From: an uncultured Gemmatimonadales bacterium
GTDB lineage: Bacteria; Gemmatimonadota; Gemmatimonadetes; Gemmatimonadales; GWC2-71-9
Length of the DNA: 64,000 bases
Reading direction: 5' to 3'
NCBI GenBank assembly: GCA_963828735.1
Contig: CAWHFW010000005.1
Location: 704,001 to 768,000, forward strand
The number at the start of each line of letters is the position of its first letter. The stretch's first letter is position 1. Under the pieces are notes generated by a model, which was not told where the DNA came from, did no database searches, and saw only the letters and a program-made list of their open reading frames with translations. The position numbers were made by a program, and so were the translations under genes. Positions 1 to 9,868 of the stretch are shown here, piece after piece.

Positions 1-397
1 TGGTCCGGCCGGCGGCCGGCACGCTGCCGGTGTCGGTAAGGACGATCGGGTTCAACACCGTGGACGAGTCGATGACGACGGCGGTGTATTCGTCGTCGGC
101 CACAACCGAGAGGTGCAGCTCTTTGGGGCTCGCGGCGTCACCCACGGGCCGGAACGCGATCTCGCGCTGCCCTGCCGGCACCGCCACCGGCGAGCTCACC
201 GCACCGACGGCCAGCCGGTGGATGACCACGTTGCCGTCCACCAGCACGTCGATCGTGGCGGTGCTTTCGGCGGCCTGGATCACCCGGAGCGTTCCCGCAG
301 GCCCGGTCGGACCGGTGTCGCCGCTGTCACCCGAGCAGCCGGCACCCGTCAGGAGGGCAATCCCCATCAGCAGACGGACGCAGGTCGCCTTTTGCAT
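1..397 (-). CDS. DUF4397-like lipoprotein (runs off the window edge)
   Basis: Manual translation MQKATCVRLLMGIALLTGAGCSGDSG...LRVIQAAESTATIDVLVDG; lipobox-like GAGC; GGAGGAG RBS upstream. Confidence 0.7.
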   Translation of the reverse strand, partial: MQKATCVRLLMGIALLTGAGCSGDSGDTGPTGPAGTLRVIQAAESTATIDVLVDGNVVIHRLAVGAVSSPVAVPAGQREIAFRPVGDAASPKELHLSVVADDEYTAVVIDSSTVLNPIVLTDTGSVPAAGRT

Positions 398-670
398 GGT
401 CTCCTCCCGCGGTGCGGTTCCACGCGATAACGGATGGGACGTTCAACGCAGTAAAGATCGAGCCACACACTCAGCCGGCGACTCCGGCTCGATCCTGCAC
501 CAGGCCGACGATCAGCTGCTCAGGCACGTACACCGCTCGTGTCCAAGCAGGATAGGCGGGACGCTGCGAGCGATGAATGAAGCCCGCGTGAAGAAGCTTT
601 CAGGTGGCCTTCGTCCTCCCTTCAGCCGACGTCTCCGAGTTTGTCTCATTGAACAGAATCGGAGGTATCC

Positions 671-1393
671 ATGCGCGCGCACCCTCGACATCTCACGACC
701 GGAGTCGCACTCCTGGCGCTTTCCTACCTCGGCTACGCCGCCACGACCTGGCGCCGCTACGGTCGCAACGGGGTGCGGCCTCACCCGGCCGACGATTCGC
801 CGCTCGACCGCTTCATGCCGGACTGCGAGGTCGCCGAGCGCCACGAGATCGTGGTCGCCGCACCGGCCGAGCTCACCATGGCCGCCGCCCGCGAGATGGA
901 CATCTTCCACTCGCCGCTGGTGCGCGCCGTGTTCGCCGTCCGCACCCTTCCCGGGCGGCTCCGCGGGGCCGTCGCACGCAAGCCGACGCCGCTCCTCTCC
1001 GAGGCCCTGGCGCTCGGCTGGCGCGTCCTCGCCGACGAGCCGGGCCGAGCGATCGTGGTGGGCGCGGTCGCCCAGCCGTGGCGCGCCAACGTGACATTCC
1101 GCGGGGTCGAGCCGGAGGCGTTCGCTGGCTTCGACGAGCCGGGCTACGCCAAGATCGCCTGGACGTTCGAAGCCATCCCGCTGGGCCCCACGGCCTCGCG
1201 CTTTCGCACGGAGACCCGCGTCGCCACGACCGACGCGCGTTCCCGGGCGCTCTTCCGCCGGTATTGGGCGCTGTTCTCGCCGGGCATCCTGCTCATCCGG
1301 CGCGCGTCCCTCGGCCTGGTGAAGGCCGACGCCGAGCGGCGGTTCCGGGCCGCGGGTCCGGTCGCGGGGCAACTCGTCGCGCAGCATTCCTGA
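671..1393 (+). CDS. Hypothetical protein, SRPBCC/DUF2867-like, N-terminal TM
   Basis: 240 aa ORF with GGAGG RBS; LDRFMP..ERHEIVVAAP and ETRV..TD..FRRYW motifs. Confidence 0.7.
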   Translation: MRAHPRHLTTGVALLALSYLGYAATTWRRYGRNGVRPHPADDSPLDRFMPDCEVAERHEIVVAAPAELTMAAAREMDIFHSPLVRAVFAVRTLPGRLRGAVARKPTPLLSEALALGWRVLADEPGRAIVVGAVAQPWRANVTFRGVEPEAFAGFDEPGYAKIAWTFEAIPLGPTASRFRTETRVATTDARSRALFRRYWALFSPGILLIRRASLGLVKADAERRFRAAGPVAGQLVAQHS

Positions 1394-1407
1394 GGGAGGA
1401 AACGACC

Positions 1408-1968
1408 GTGTCGAGCATCTTGATCGTCTACGGCAGCACCTACGGGCAGACCGAGCGCATCGCCTGCCGGATCGCCGAGCTCCTGCGCGAGGCGGACTAC
1501 ACGGTGGACATGCACCGCGGAGACCAGCCGCCGGACCCGTTGACGTTGGGAACCTACGCCAGCGTCGTCGTCGCGGCGTCGGTGCTGAAGGGCCATCACC
1601 AGGGCTACATTCGCGAGTTCGTGAGCCGCCACGCGCACCGTCTCAACCGGCTGCCCACGGCGTTCGTCTCGGTGTGCGGCGCCGCGCGGGGGGATCCGCT
1701 GACCGCCGAGGCCTACGTGGATGCGCTGCTCCGCGAGTCGGGCTGGCAGCCCACCATCGCCCGGTCATTCACGGGGGCGGTGGCGTACACGAAGTACCCG
1801 TGGTTGCTCCGCTGGGTCATGAAACGGATCAGCCGCCAGAAGGGGCTGCCAACGGATACCTCGCGGGACTGGGACCTCACGGAGTGGGACCAGGTGGACC
1901 GCTTTGGGCGAGCGCTCGCAGCCAGGTTCGCCGTGGGCCCCGCCGCGCCCGTGATGCGGGCCAGCTGA
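1408..1968 (+). CDS. Flavodoxin-domain protein, HemG-like protoporphyrinogen oxidase
   Basis: ILIVYGSTYGQTERIA FMN loop, AFVSV, GAVAYTKY, TEWDQV; GTG start after GGAGG. Confidence 0.8.
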   Translation: MSSILIVYGSTYGQTERIACRIAELLREADYTVDMHRGDQPPDPLTLGTYASVVVAASVLKGHHQGYIREFVSRHAHRLNRLPTAFVSVCGAARGDPLTAEAYVDALLRESGWQPTIARSFTGAVAYTKYPWLLRWVMKRISRQKGLPTDTSRDWDLTEWDQVDRFGRALAARFAVGPAAPVMRAS

Positions 1969-2107
1969 TCAGCCGTGACGCGGGCCAGCTGAAGGGGCGC
2001 ACGAGCAGGGGCGGGACGTCGAGGTGCCGGATCAAATGATCCGCCGCGCCCGCACCTCGTCACCGTCATCCGCCCCATGCAGTGGAGTTCGACCACCTCC
2101 AGCGACC

Positions 2108-2572
2108 TTAACCACCGGCGCGTGCATCGGAGGTGCGCCCGGACGCCAACACCTCCTCGAGCTGCCGGACGATGTCGGTCCACCCCTCCCGGTGCGATTT
2201 GAAGCTCGCCTGCGGCAGGCGTTGGTGCGTCAGGACCAGCTCGGTGCCGGAGCCTCGTGCCAGGAACTCGATGGTGACGATGGTGGGCAGGAGGTCGGTG
2301 GCCTGCGAGATCCAGGTGAACGAGAGCAGTGACGGCGGCTCGATGGCCAGGTACTCGCCCCGATGCTCGTAGTCCTTCTCCGAATGCATCACGATGCGGA
2401 ACTTGCCGCCGATCCGCGGATCGACGTCGACCGTCGCCCTGGACGTGCCGCCCGGACGCATCCACTGCGCCAGACTGGCTCCGTCGAGCCAGGCGGCGAA
2501 CACCTGCTCGCGCGGAAAGGGGATCTGGCGCCGCACCACCAGTACCTCTGCCGCATCGTCCGTCGTGGTCAT
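2108..2572 (-). CDS. SRPBCC (AHSA1-like) domain protein
   Basis: VFAAWLD..LAQWM, DPRIGGKFRI, HREGW; ATGA overlap with the ArsR stop. Confidence 0.85.
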   Translation of the reverse strand: MTTTDDAAEVLVVRRQIPFPREQVFAAWLDGASLAQWMRPGGTSRATVDVDPRIGGKFRIVMHSEKDYEHRGEYLAIEPPSLLSFTWISQATDLLPTIVTIEFLARGSGTELVLTHQRLPQASFKSHREGWTDIVRQLEEVLASGRTSDARAGG

Positions 2573-2955
2573 CTGCCACCCTTTCCAGTCTGTCGCCTCG
2601 GCTGTCCCCGCCCTGACGTGGTCGACCGCTGTTGTTTCGCGAGGAACGCCTCCAGCCCGTCCAGCCTCGTCTCCCAGAACGCGCGGTAATGCTCGAGCCA
2701 GCCCGCCGCAGCGCGCAGCGGTACAGGATTGAGCTTGAGGCGGTGCTCGCGCCCGTGGATCGCGCGATCGACGAGCCCCGCCCGCTCCAGGACCTTCACG
2801 TGCTTCGAGACGCCGTTGAACGAGATGGGGAAGCGATCGGCGAGGGCGCCGACGGTCGCTTCGCCACCGGCAAGGACGGCGAGGATGGCGCGACGGGTCG
2901 GGTCGGCGATCGCGCCGTAGACCTGATCCAACAGCGGCTCGGCGGGCTGGGCCAT
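2569..2955 (-). CDS. ArsR/SmtB family transcriptional regulator
   Basis: AIADPTRRAIL...VSKHVKVLERAGLV winged HTH; alternative start 2964. Confidence 0.9.
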   Translation of the reverse strand: MAQPAEPLLDQVYGAIADPTRRAILAVLAGGEATVGALADRFPISFNGVSKHVKVLERAGLVDRAIHGREHRLKLNPVPLRAAAGWLEHYRAFWETRLDGLEAFLAKQQRSTTSGRGQPRRQTGKGGR

Positions 2956-2963
2956 GGCTTGCA

Positions 2964-3010
2964 TTCAACCGTTTGGTAGAATAATATACCTTCAACCGAC
3001 TGGTAGAATA
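2964..3010. promoter_or_regulatory. Two tandem imperfect palindromes TTCAACC-N4-GGTAGAA, probable ArsR operators
   Basis: Copies at 2964-2981 and 2991-3008 in the AT-rich gap between divergent arsR and DUF899 genes. Confidence 0.7.
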
Positions 3011-3094
3011 TCGCCTCGTCGCGGAGATCGCGCCAGTCGGAGCATCCGACGTCGACCTGCACGGGCCGCCGCCGAGCGGCCGGAGGGAAGTCCC

Positions 3095-3826
3095 ATGGCA
3101 AGCGTCACCAGCAGCACCGTCAACGATCATCCGGTGGTACCGCACGAGGGGTGGCTCGCCGCGCGCAAGGCGCTCCTTCTCAAGGAGAAGGAGCTGACCC
3201 GCCTCCGGGACGAGCTGAGCCGGGAGCGCCGCGCGCTTCCCTGGGAGCGCGTCGAGAAGCCGTATCTCTTCGATGGGCCCAGCGGCCAGGAGACGCTGGC
3301 CGATCTCTTCGAGGGCCGAAGCCAGCTGGTGGTCTATCACTTCATGTTCGCCCCCGACTGGGAGGAGGGCTGCCCCGGCTGCTCCTTCTGGGCCGACAGC
3401 TTCGACGGTCTCGGGGTTCACCTGCGCCACCGCGATGTGACCTTCGCCGCGATTTCCCGCGCACCGCTCGCCAAGATCGACCCGTTCAAGCGGCGGATGG
3501 GGTGGAGCTTCAAGTGGGTCTCGTCGGGCGGAAACGACTTCAACTACGACTATCACGTGTCGTTCAGGCCGGAAACGCTCGACGGCGGAGGCGCGGTGTA
3601 CAACTACGCGAAGTCGGCCACGAAGGCGTCGGATCTCCCGGGGGTGAGCGTGTTCTACCGGGACGAGTCGGGCGACATCTACCACACGTACTCCGCGTAC
3701 GCCCGCGGGATCGACGCGGTGAACGCCGCCTACCAGTACCTCGACCTGGTCCCCAAGGGACGTGACGAGGACGCGCTGGCGTCCCCCAACGCCTGGTGGC
3801 GGCACCATGACCGCTACGACGGCTGA
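3095..3826 (+). CDS. DUF899 thioredoxin-like protein
   Basis: WLAARKALLLKEKELTR, LFEGRSQLVVYHFMF, GCPGCSF, KGRDE..WWRHHDRY. Confidence 0.9.
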   Translation: MASVTSSTVNDHPVVPHEGWLAARKALLLKEKELTRLRDELSRERRALPWERVEKPYLFDGPSGQETLADLFEGRSQLVVYHFMFAPDWEEGCPGCSFWADSFDGLGVHLRHRDVTFAAISRAPLAKIDPFKRRMGWSFKWVSSGGNDFNYDYHVSFRPETLDGGGAVYNYAKSATKASDLPGVSVFYRDESGDIYHTYSAYARGIDAVNAAYQYLDLVPKGRDEDALASPNAWWRHHDRYDG

Positions 3827-4589
3827 CTCGGCGCGAGGGCCCGGCGGCATTCGATCCGCCGGGCCCTCGGGATGGGCCGCCGATCGGGCGTTCATCGGAG
3901 GCAGCGCCCTGCTGTTTGCCGCATGCACTGTGGCGACGGTCCGCTCGTGCTGGTCGACCTCGCCGCGCATGCCGATGCCGGGTGATTCGCTCAGAGAGGC
4001 GGTCGCCTTCGTGGGCGCGTGGGCGGTCATGATGGTCGCGATGATGCTGCCGTCGTTCCTGCCGGCGCTCCTGGGCTACCGGCGCGAGCTTCGTGAGGCG
4101 GACGCGCGCTCGGTGGCCACGCAGACGGTGCTCGCCGGGGTCGGATACTTCCTGGTGTGGACCAGCGCCGGGGCGATCGTGTATCTCCTCAGCGTTGGGG
4201 TCATGACGGCGGAGATACGGTGGCCCGCCCTGGGATCGTCAGTGCCCTGGTCCGGTGGGGTGGTCTTCCTGGTCGCGGGTGCGGTTCAGCTCACGGCGTG
4301 GAAGGCGCGGCAACTGGAGCGCTGTCGGATGGGGCTGCGCTGCGGACGGGTGCTCTCGGGGAACAGGTGGAACGCCTGGCGGGATGGCGTGCGCTTCGGG
4401 GTGCACTGCTGTCTGTGCTGCGCGGGGTTCATGTTGGCGCTGCTGGTATCCGGAATGATGGACCTCGGCGGCGTCGCGGGAATCGCTGCCCTCATCACTC
4501 TCGAGCGTGTTGCGAGGAGGCCGGAACGTGCGGCGCGAGCCGCCGGCATCGTTCTCCTTGCCACGGCGGCACTACGGATTCACCAGTAG
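3807..4589 (+). CDS. DUF2182 metal-binding integral membrane protein
   Basis: WAVMMVAMMLPS, QLTAWK..L..C, G.HCCLCC; usual partner of DUF899. Confidence 0.8.
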   Translation: MTATTADSARGPGGIRSAGPSGWAADRAFIGGSALLFAACTVATVRSCWSTSPRMPMPGDSLREAVAFVGAWAVMMVAMMLPSFLPALLGYRRELREADARSVATQTVLAGVGYFLVWTSAGAIVYLLSVGVMTAEIRWPALGSSVPWSGGVVFLVAGAVQLTAWKARQLERCRMGLRCGRVLSGNRWNAWRDGVRFGVHCCLCCAGFMLALLVSGMMDLGGVAGIAALITLERVARRPERAARAAGIVLLATAALRIHQ

Positions 4590-4675
4590 GGAGGTTCACA
4601 GAGAATATTCCGCGCGGGCCCCTCGAGAGCCGACGCGCTGACGTCGCGGTAGGACCGTCAGTCAGAATGGAACCG

Positions 4676-5722
4676 CTAGTTGGTGGCCACCGGACTCCAG
4701 GTCGAGTCCGGATTGTACTTCTCCATGGCGCGGAAACTTTCGAGGGTTTCGGGACCGAGGTCCTGCTCGTATACGGTGCCCTCGTGACTCACGATGAAGG
4801 TCTTCACGCCGGTCACCCGGTACTCCGCCGGCGCGGCGGCCAAGGCGAAGCCGCCGATCATCAGCCCCTTCACCAGGAAGTTCATCTCCCCCAGCGGCGC
4901 CGCGGGCCCCTGCCCTTTCAGCACCTTGAAGTAGTAGCCATGGTAGGGGTTGGAGCGATCGGTGTAGCCCTCCGCGATCACCCGGGCGATCGCTTCTCCG
5001 ACCGGCCCTCCCCAGGTGCCGTCCGGGTTGCGCCACGCCAGGCCGTCCTGTTTGCCCGGTGTGCTGATGATGCGCTGGGCGTACTGATTGATGCTCGCGC
5101 CGTCGTGCCTCGTCAGGGCGTACGCACGCTCGGCCTCGACGAAGCCGCGGCACACGTCGATGGCATCGAGCTCGTTTTCGCCGACACGGCGGACCAGCAT
5201 CTCGCGCGCGCCGGCCTCGGCATCGAAGCGCCAGCGGCCGTTCTCCTTCACGAGCGGGATGGGGAGCGGCCAGCCGGTCGCCCCGACCGAGACGGTGGCG
5301 GTCTTCCCCGACGAATGGAGCTCGATCTTTTCCTTCTCCTTGGCCTGCGCTACAAAGTCGGCGGCGTGCTTGCGGTCCGCCACCGAATCCCGTGACAGCA
5401 CGAGCGGCTTGCCCTCGCTCCCGAGGATCTCCACGAGCGCCGGCCGGTCGAAGCGCTCGGCAGCCTCAACGAGTGCGGCCACGGCCTCCTTGGGGGAGCC
5501 GAACCGACGCTGCTCGACGGGTGCCGTGGTGTCTTCGCGCGCCGCCGTGGTGTCTTCGTGCGCTCCCGCCGTGTCTTCGCGCGCTGCCGAGGTGGCTCCG
5601 CGCGCTGCCTCGCGGCCGCAGGCACCCGTGAAGACGGACACCACGACCAGCCCCACCCATGCGGCGCGTCCCCGAGTGGACGACGGTGGCCGCTTGCGCG
5701 CGATTCGGGTCATTGCACTCAT
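4676..5722 (-). CDS. DUF2950 family protein
   Basis: WPLPIPLVK, RRVGENELDAI, PYHGYYFKVL, GVKTFIVSHEGTVYEQDLG; overlaps the DUF3300 stop. Confidence 0.9.
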   Translation of the reverse strand: MSAMTRIARKRPPSSTRGRAAWVGLVVVSVFTGACGREAARGATSAAREDTAGAHEDTTAAREDTTAPVEQRRFGSPKEAVAALVEAAERFDRPALVEILGSEGKPLVLSRDSVADRKHAADFVAQAKEKEKIELHSSGKTATVSVGATGWPLPIPLVKENGRWRFDAEAGAREMLVRRVGENELDAIDVCRGFVEAERAYALTRHDGASINQYAQRIISTPGKQDGLAWRNPDGTWGGPVGEAIARVIAEGYTDRSNPYHGYYFKVLKGQGPAAPLGEMNFLVKGLMIGGFALAAAPAEYRVTGVKTFIVSHEGTVYEQDLGPETLESFRAMEKYNPDSTWSPVATN

Positions 5723-7044
5723 CTCCGGCGTCCGCCTCCACCCCCGCCTCCGCCGCGCGAGTATCCCCCGCCGCCCATGCTCGACGAACCCCGCGAGCTG
5801 CTCGCGCGCGCGCTCCCTCCATCGTAGCCGCGGCTGCCACCACTGAACCCGCTGTTGCCCGCGGACCTGCCGGCATCGCGGGGGATTTCGCGGTTGCCGA
5901 TGGGGTCACTGCCGGCGGACCTGCCCGCGCCGGCACCCGCGGACCGGTCGCTGGCACCGGCGCTACGCTGCCCCTGCCCGGCGGCCGACCGATCGCTCAC
6001 GCCCGCGCCTGCACCCGCGCCCGCGCCGCGCTGTCCTTGGCCGCCAACGCCCGACTGGCCAGCACCGGCGGCGCGCTGCTGCCCCTGTCCGCCGCGGGTC
6101 GATCCACCGTATTTGTTGGCCGTCCGCGTGTCGGCATACGGCGCCCCGCCGCGATGCTGGGGGTTGTGCTGCCAGTTGCCGCCCCGGTTGCCGCTGTTGT
6201 AGTGATTCACCCGGTTGAAGTTGTTGTTGACGTTGATGTTGACGTTGCCATGCCCCCAGCCGGCATGACAGCACGACCCGCCCCACATCGCGGCGCCCCA
6301 CATCATGCCGACACCGAACGAAATGAACGCGGCCCCGGGGGGATAGTACGGATAGTAGATCGGCGGATACGGATAGATCGGTGCGCCGTAGACGACCGTC
6401 GGACTGTAGGACGGGACGTAGATGACTTCGGGGTTCTGAGACTCGATGACGACGACTTCCTTCTTCTCCACCACCTTGGTCTCGACCTTCTGTTGCTCGT
6501 TGGTTTCCAGCGTCCCCTTGTCCTTCGCCTTCTTGCGCATCCGCTGGACGGCGGTCATCACGTCGGCCTGCTGCGCGAGGAAGGCGTTGCCGAGGTCGGT
6601 GGTCCACTGGATGTCGTCCGCGAGCCGCTTGACGAGGTCGGGTATCGCGGCCATCGACTGGATGCTCGGGTCCCACGGCTGCTTGGCGACCGAGTCGGCC
6701 AAGGCCTGGTCCTTGAGCTTCGGATTCTTGGCGAGCCACTGCTGCAGCTGGACGATCTCGAGCGGATAGGTGGCGGCGACCAGGGTCTGGGCCAGGAGCT
6801 CATCGGGGTAGAGGGCGATCGGCGCCACCAGCGCGTCGAGCTGGTCGGGTGTGCGCTGAATGGTATCCGCGGTTGCTGCAGCCTTGGCTTTCTGGGCCGA
6901 ATCCGTCGCCGGGGCCGGGGCCTTCTTGGCCGTGTCCTGGGAGACGGCGGTCGGCGCGCCGGCCAGCAGGTACCACGCACCGGAGGCGCAAAGCAACGCC
7001 CACCGCACGTGCGTGAGCAGGCGGAGGTGCCGCGATGCCATCAT
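5719..7044 (-). CDS. DUF3300 family protein with Gly-rich tail
   Basis: LDALVAPIALYPDELLAQ, WDPSIQ, LGNAFLAQ, WQHNPQHR; signal peptide. Confidence 0.9.
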   Translation of the reverse strand: MMASRHLRLLTHVRWALLCASGAWYLLAGAPTAVSQDTAKKAPAPATDSAQKAKAAATADTIQRTPDQLDALVAPIALYPDELLAQTLVAATYPLEIVQLQQWLAKNPKLKDQALADSVAKQPWDPSIQSMAAIPDLVKRLADDIQWTTDLGNAFLAQQADVMTAVQRMRKKAKDKGTLETNEQQKVETKVVEKKEVVVIESQNPEVIYVPSYSPTVVYGAPIYPYPPIYYPYYPPGAAFISFGVGMMWGAAMWGGSCCHAGWGHGNVNINVNNNFNRVNHYNSGNRGGNWQHNPQHRGGAPYADTRTANKYGGSTRGGQGQQRAAGAGQSGVGGQGQRGAGAGAGAGVSDRSAAGQGQRSAGASDRSAGAGAGRSAGSDPIGNREIPRDAGRSAGNSGFSGGSRGYDGGSARASSSRGSSSMGGGGYSRGGGGGGGGRRR

Positions 7045-7389
7045 GGCCGGAAGCTCATCATACGCCCGAAAGGTGAGATCAAGGCTCCAATCTAGGGATC
7101 GAGGATGGCGGGGCCGCTGGACCTAAGTCTAGGAAGGCGGACGGTGCGGATGGAAACGGCTCGGCGACGGCAAGTCGTTCGTGTTCGTAGGGTTATTGGG
7201 CCAAACATCGGCCGCGCCTGATTGCCGTTTGAAAGGGGCGGGCGTCCGGATGCGCGCGCGAAGCCTTCGCTGAGGGAGAGCGCCGCCGTGCCTGGCCGTG
7301 AGGTGGCTGCTGTTTGGATTCGGGTTGGACTGTGTGCGCCGAGAGTGAGGAGGACTGCGCCAGGTACTGCTAGGCGCGCCCGATCAAGG

Positions 7390-8457
7390 CTAGAAGGCGA
7401 GGCTGGAGATCCCGATCCCGGCGCCCGTCCCGAGCACATATCCGACGGCGGTCACCAGCCACGCGTGACCTCCGGGAAGGGGCGCTCGCTCGCCGCCGGG
7501 GAACACGTAGCTGTGAAGGAGAGGTACGGACACACCGCTGGCCGTGCCGATGAGACTGCCCACCAGCATGTCCGAGGGGAAATGCTGGTCGGCCTGGTTG
7601 CGCAGATTGGACGTGAACCCGGCGAGCAGGCCCCCGATCGCGGCGATCGCCACATGCTCCTTGCTTCCGGCATCGGGACGGGACAGCAGGTTGTCCGTCG
7701 CCGCATACGAAGCGGCGGCGAAGGTGGTCGCGGCGTGGCCTGACGGCATGGAGAGGAAGGCGTCGTCCGCGGTGACGTCGTAGCCCGACTCCGTCGGGCG
7801 CTCCGACGCCGGCAGGTAGGTGAACGGCCTCGGCCGGTCGATGGCGTGCTTCAGGACCTGTGTGAACCCCTGCGCCAGCAGCACCGATTCCCCATAGAGC
7901 ACGAACGGCCGCCGGATGACATTTCCGAACCCGTGCACGCCCGGTTGTGTCAGGAGGGCGAGGAGGGGCGGACCGGCGAGCGTCGCGAAGACAGCCACAT
8001 CACTCGCCTTGTCTGCGCTCGTGCTCGGATTGCCGATCGCGTTTCGATCTATACCCCAGTTGATGTTCGAGGGGTCCAGCCCTTCCTCCGGCACGGCCTG
8101 CCGAGTGACCGGCAGGCTGAGGCCGATCGCATTTCCCGCCAGACCAACAGCGCCTAGGGCGCCATCGGACAGCCAGTGCAACTCGGGGAGAGCGACTGAG
8201 CTCGAGCCCTCGGCGGCGGCCGCTCCCACAACCGCGCTGCTTGGTACGGACACCCGTGTGATCACCGAGCCAGGGAGCTCTACGGCGTGTCCTCCCCCGA
8301 CATCGCGGGCATCCCACGACGGGAACACGGGCTCGGCGATCGCCGCCAGCGGTGCGAGGGAGCGAGGGGCCTGTGCATAGGCGCGCTCCGTCGAGTTCAG
8401 CAGCGTCGCTGCGACGGTGAGAGCCGCGGGGACCAGTCGCAGGAGAGGGTGGTGCAT
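7390..8457 (-). CDS. PAP2 family phosphatase
   Basis: K....RPRP, SMPSGHA, R....HFPSD motifs; start may be 8472. Confidence 0.8.
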   Translation of the reverse strand: MHHPLLRLVPAALTVAATLLNSTERAYAQAPRSLAPLAAIAEPVFPSWDARDVGGGHAVELPGSVITRVSVPSSAVVGAAAAEGSSSVALPELHWLSDGALGAVGLAGNAIGLSLPVTRQAVPEEGLDPSNINWGIDRNAIGNPSTSADKASDVAVFATLAGPPLLALLTQPGVHGFGNVIRRPFVLYGESVLLAQGFTQVLKHAIDRPRPFTYLPASERPTESGYDVTADDAFLSMPSGHAATTFAAASYAATDNLLSRPDAGSKEHVAIAAIGGLLAGFTSNLRNQADQHFPSDMLVGSLIGTASGVSVPLLHSYVFPGGERAPLPGGHAWLVTAVGYVLGTGAGIGISSLAF

Positions 8458-8482
8458 CGAGGAGTCAGTCATCGAGAAGAAC

Positions 8483-8510
8483 AGCTTACCAGCCTGGCGG
8501 GCGGCGTCAA
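8483..8510 (-). promoter_or_regulatory. Possible sigma70 promoter for the PAP2 gene
   Basis: TTGACG-16bp-TAAGCT on the minus strand just upstream of ATG 8472. Confidence 0.4.
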
Positions 8511-8621
8511 GCTGCCCAACACGCGTCCGTCTCGCCGAACAACGGGGGCCAAAGGGGTACGTGACAAGTCGGTGGCGCGTCGTTAGGCCGGGATGGTGCA
8601 ACCAGTCGGGCCTGTGCGTTG

Positions 8622-8720
8622 CTACGGGGTGTAGACCTGAACCTTCCTAACCATCCCCAGCATCTCCAGATCTTTTACGCCGCCAATCACGAATAGCTTG
8701 TGGTTCGCAACCGCGCTCCC
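8622..8720 (-). pseudogene. C-terminal remnant of a Kelch-repeat gene
   Basis: Translates GSAVANHKLFVIGGVKDLEMLGMVRKVQVYTP*; no start or preceding repeats. Confidence 0.55.
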
Positions 8721-8773
8721 TCAACGCATCTGCCCGATGAGCATCTGTGATTGTGTTTCGGTGAAAGGCGCTT

Positions 8774-9865
8774 TCATGGCACTCGGGGTGGCAACAGGTA
8801 GAGCGTCATGGCGAAGATCGCATAGACCATCAGCAGCAGGACACCCACGAACCACGATGAGCGCCCGCTGTTGGTCACCATCGAGGCGGACACCGAGGCG
8901 ATGAACATCATCACCACGGCCCCCGGCCAAAACTGAAGGTTCATCGGCGTCGGCCCGATGACATAGCTCACGAGCACCAGCACAGGCGCGACAAACAACG
9001 CGATTTGGGTCGCGCTTCCGAGCGCGATGCCCACGCTCATGTCCAACCGGTTCTTGCGCGCGCCGGAAAACGCCGTGGGCATCGCCGATGCGCCGCCGAC
9101 CAGCGCCACGATGATGAAACCCACGAACGCCGGGGTCATCCCGAACGCCTCGGCCGCCTGCTGCACCGACTCGACGAAGATTTCGCTCACAAGGGCAACC
9201 AGGACGGTGACGCCTGCCAGCGTGGCGAGGGCCAGGCCCATCGGCCACGGCGATTGCCCGGCCTCGGAATGTGCCACGCTGCCAAACCACTCGCGGTGCG
9301 TCTTGAGCGAGTGCAGCATGCTCAGTCCGTAGGTGACGATGAGCAGCACCGCGAGACCGACGCTTAACTTGTGGCTGAACGCCACTGCCGCGGCGTCGGC
9401 GTGCGACGTTGCCGAAGGAACCAGCAACGCGACCGTGGCCAGGAAGAGCAGTGCGGCCTGCACGCGGGCGCTGACCTGGTTGTACTCCTGCACGTGGTGC
9501 TTGAGCCCGCCCAGCAGAAACGACATGCCCAGGATGAACAACATGTTGGTGACAATCGTGCCGGCTATGGACGCCTTCACCAGCGTGTACTGCCCGGCGC
9601 GCAAGGCGGCCAGCGCGATCACCAGTTCTGCCAGGTTACCGAGCGTGGCGTTCAGCAGGCCACCGACCGCATCGCCGGTTTTGGCGGCCACGGACTCGGT
9701 GGCATAGCTCAGCAGCACGGTCAACGGCATAATGGCCAGGACGGATAGTACGAAGAGCAGCGTGTGAGCGTTGGGCGCGAGTGGTTGGGCCACGAGCACC
9801 ACGGGCGCGAAGGCCAGCAGCCAGAGCAGTTTGTTGTGCCGGATTACTGTGAGCAGTTCGTTCAT
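8774..9865 (-). CDS. Ca2+/H+ exchanger (CAX/ChaA family)
   Basis: GGLLNATLGNLAEL alpha-1 repeat, GIALGSATQIALF, about 11 TM segments. Confidence 0.9.
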   Translation of the reverse strand: MNELLTVIRHNKLLWLLAFAPVVLVAQPLAPNAHTLLFVLSVLAIMPLTVLLSYATESVAAKTGDAVGGLLNATLGNLAELVIALAALRAGQYTLVKASIAGTIVTNMLFILGMSFLLGGLKHHVQEYNQVSARVQAALLFLATVALLVPSATSHADAAAVAFSHKLSVGLAVLLIVTYGLSMLHSLKTHREWFGSVAHSEAGQSPWPMGLALATLAGVTVLVALVSEIFVESVQQAAEAFGMTPAFVGFIIVALVGGASAMPTAFSGARKNRLDMSVGIALGSATQIALFVAPVLVLVSYVIGPTPMNLQFWPGAVVMMFIASVSASMVTNSGRSSWFVGVLLLMVYAIFAMTLYLLPPRVP

Positions 9866-9868
9866 GGT

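Noticed and set aside
1949..1992. 20 bp near-duplication at the flavodoxin gene stop
   Set aside because: Local slippage-type duplication with no sign of function.
5523..5588. Three 21 bp repeats (AREDTT)
   Set aside because: Low-complexity linker inside DUF2950.
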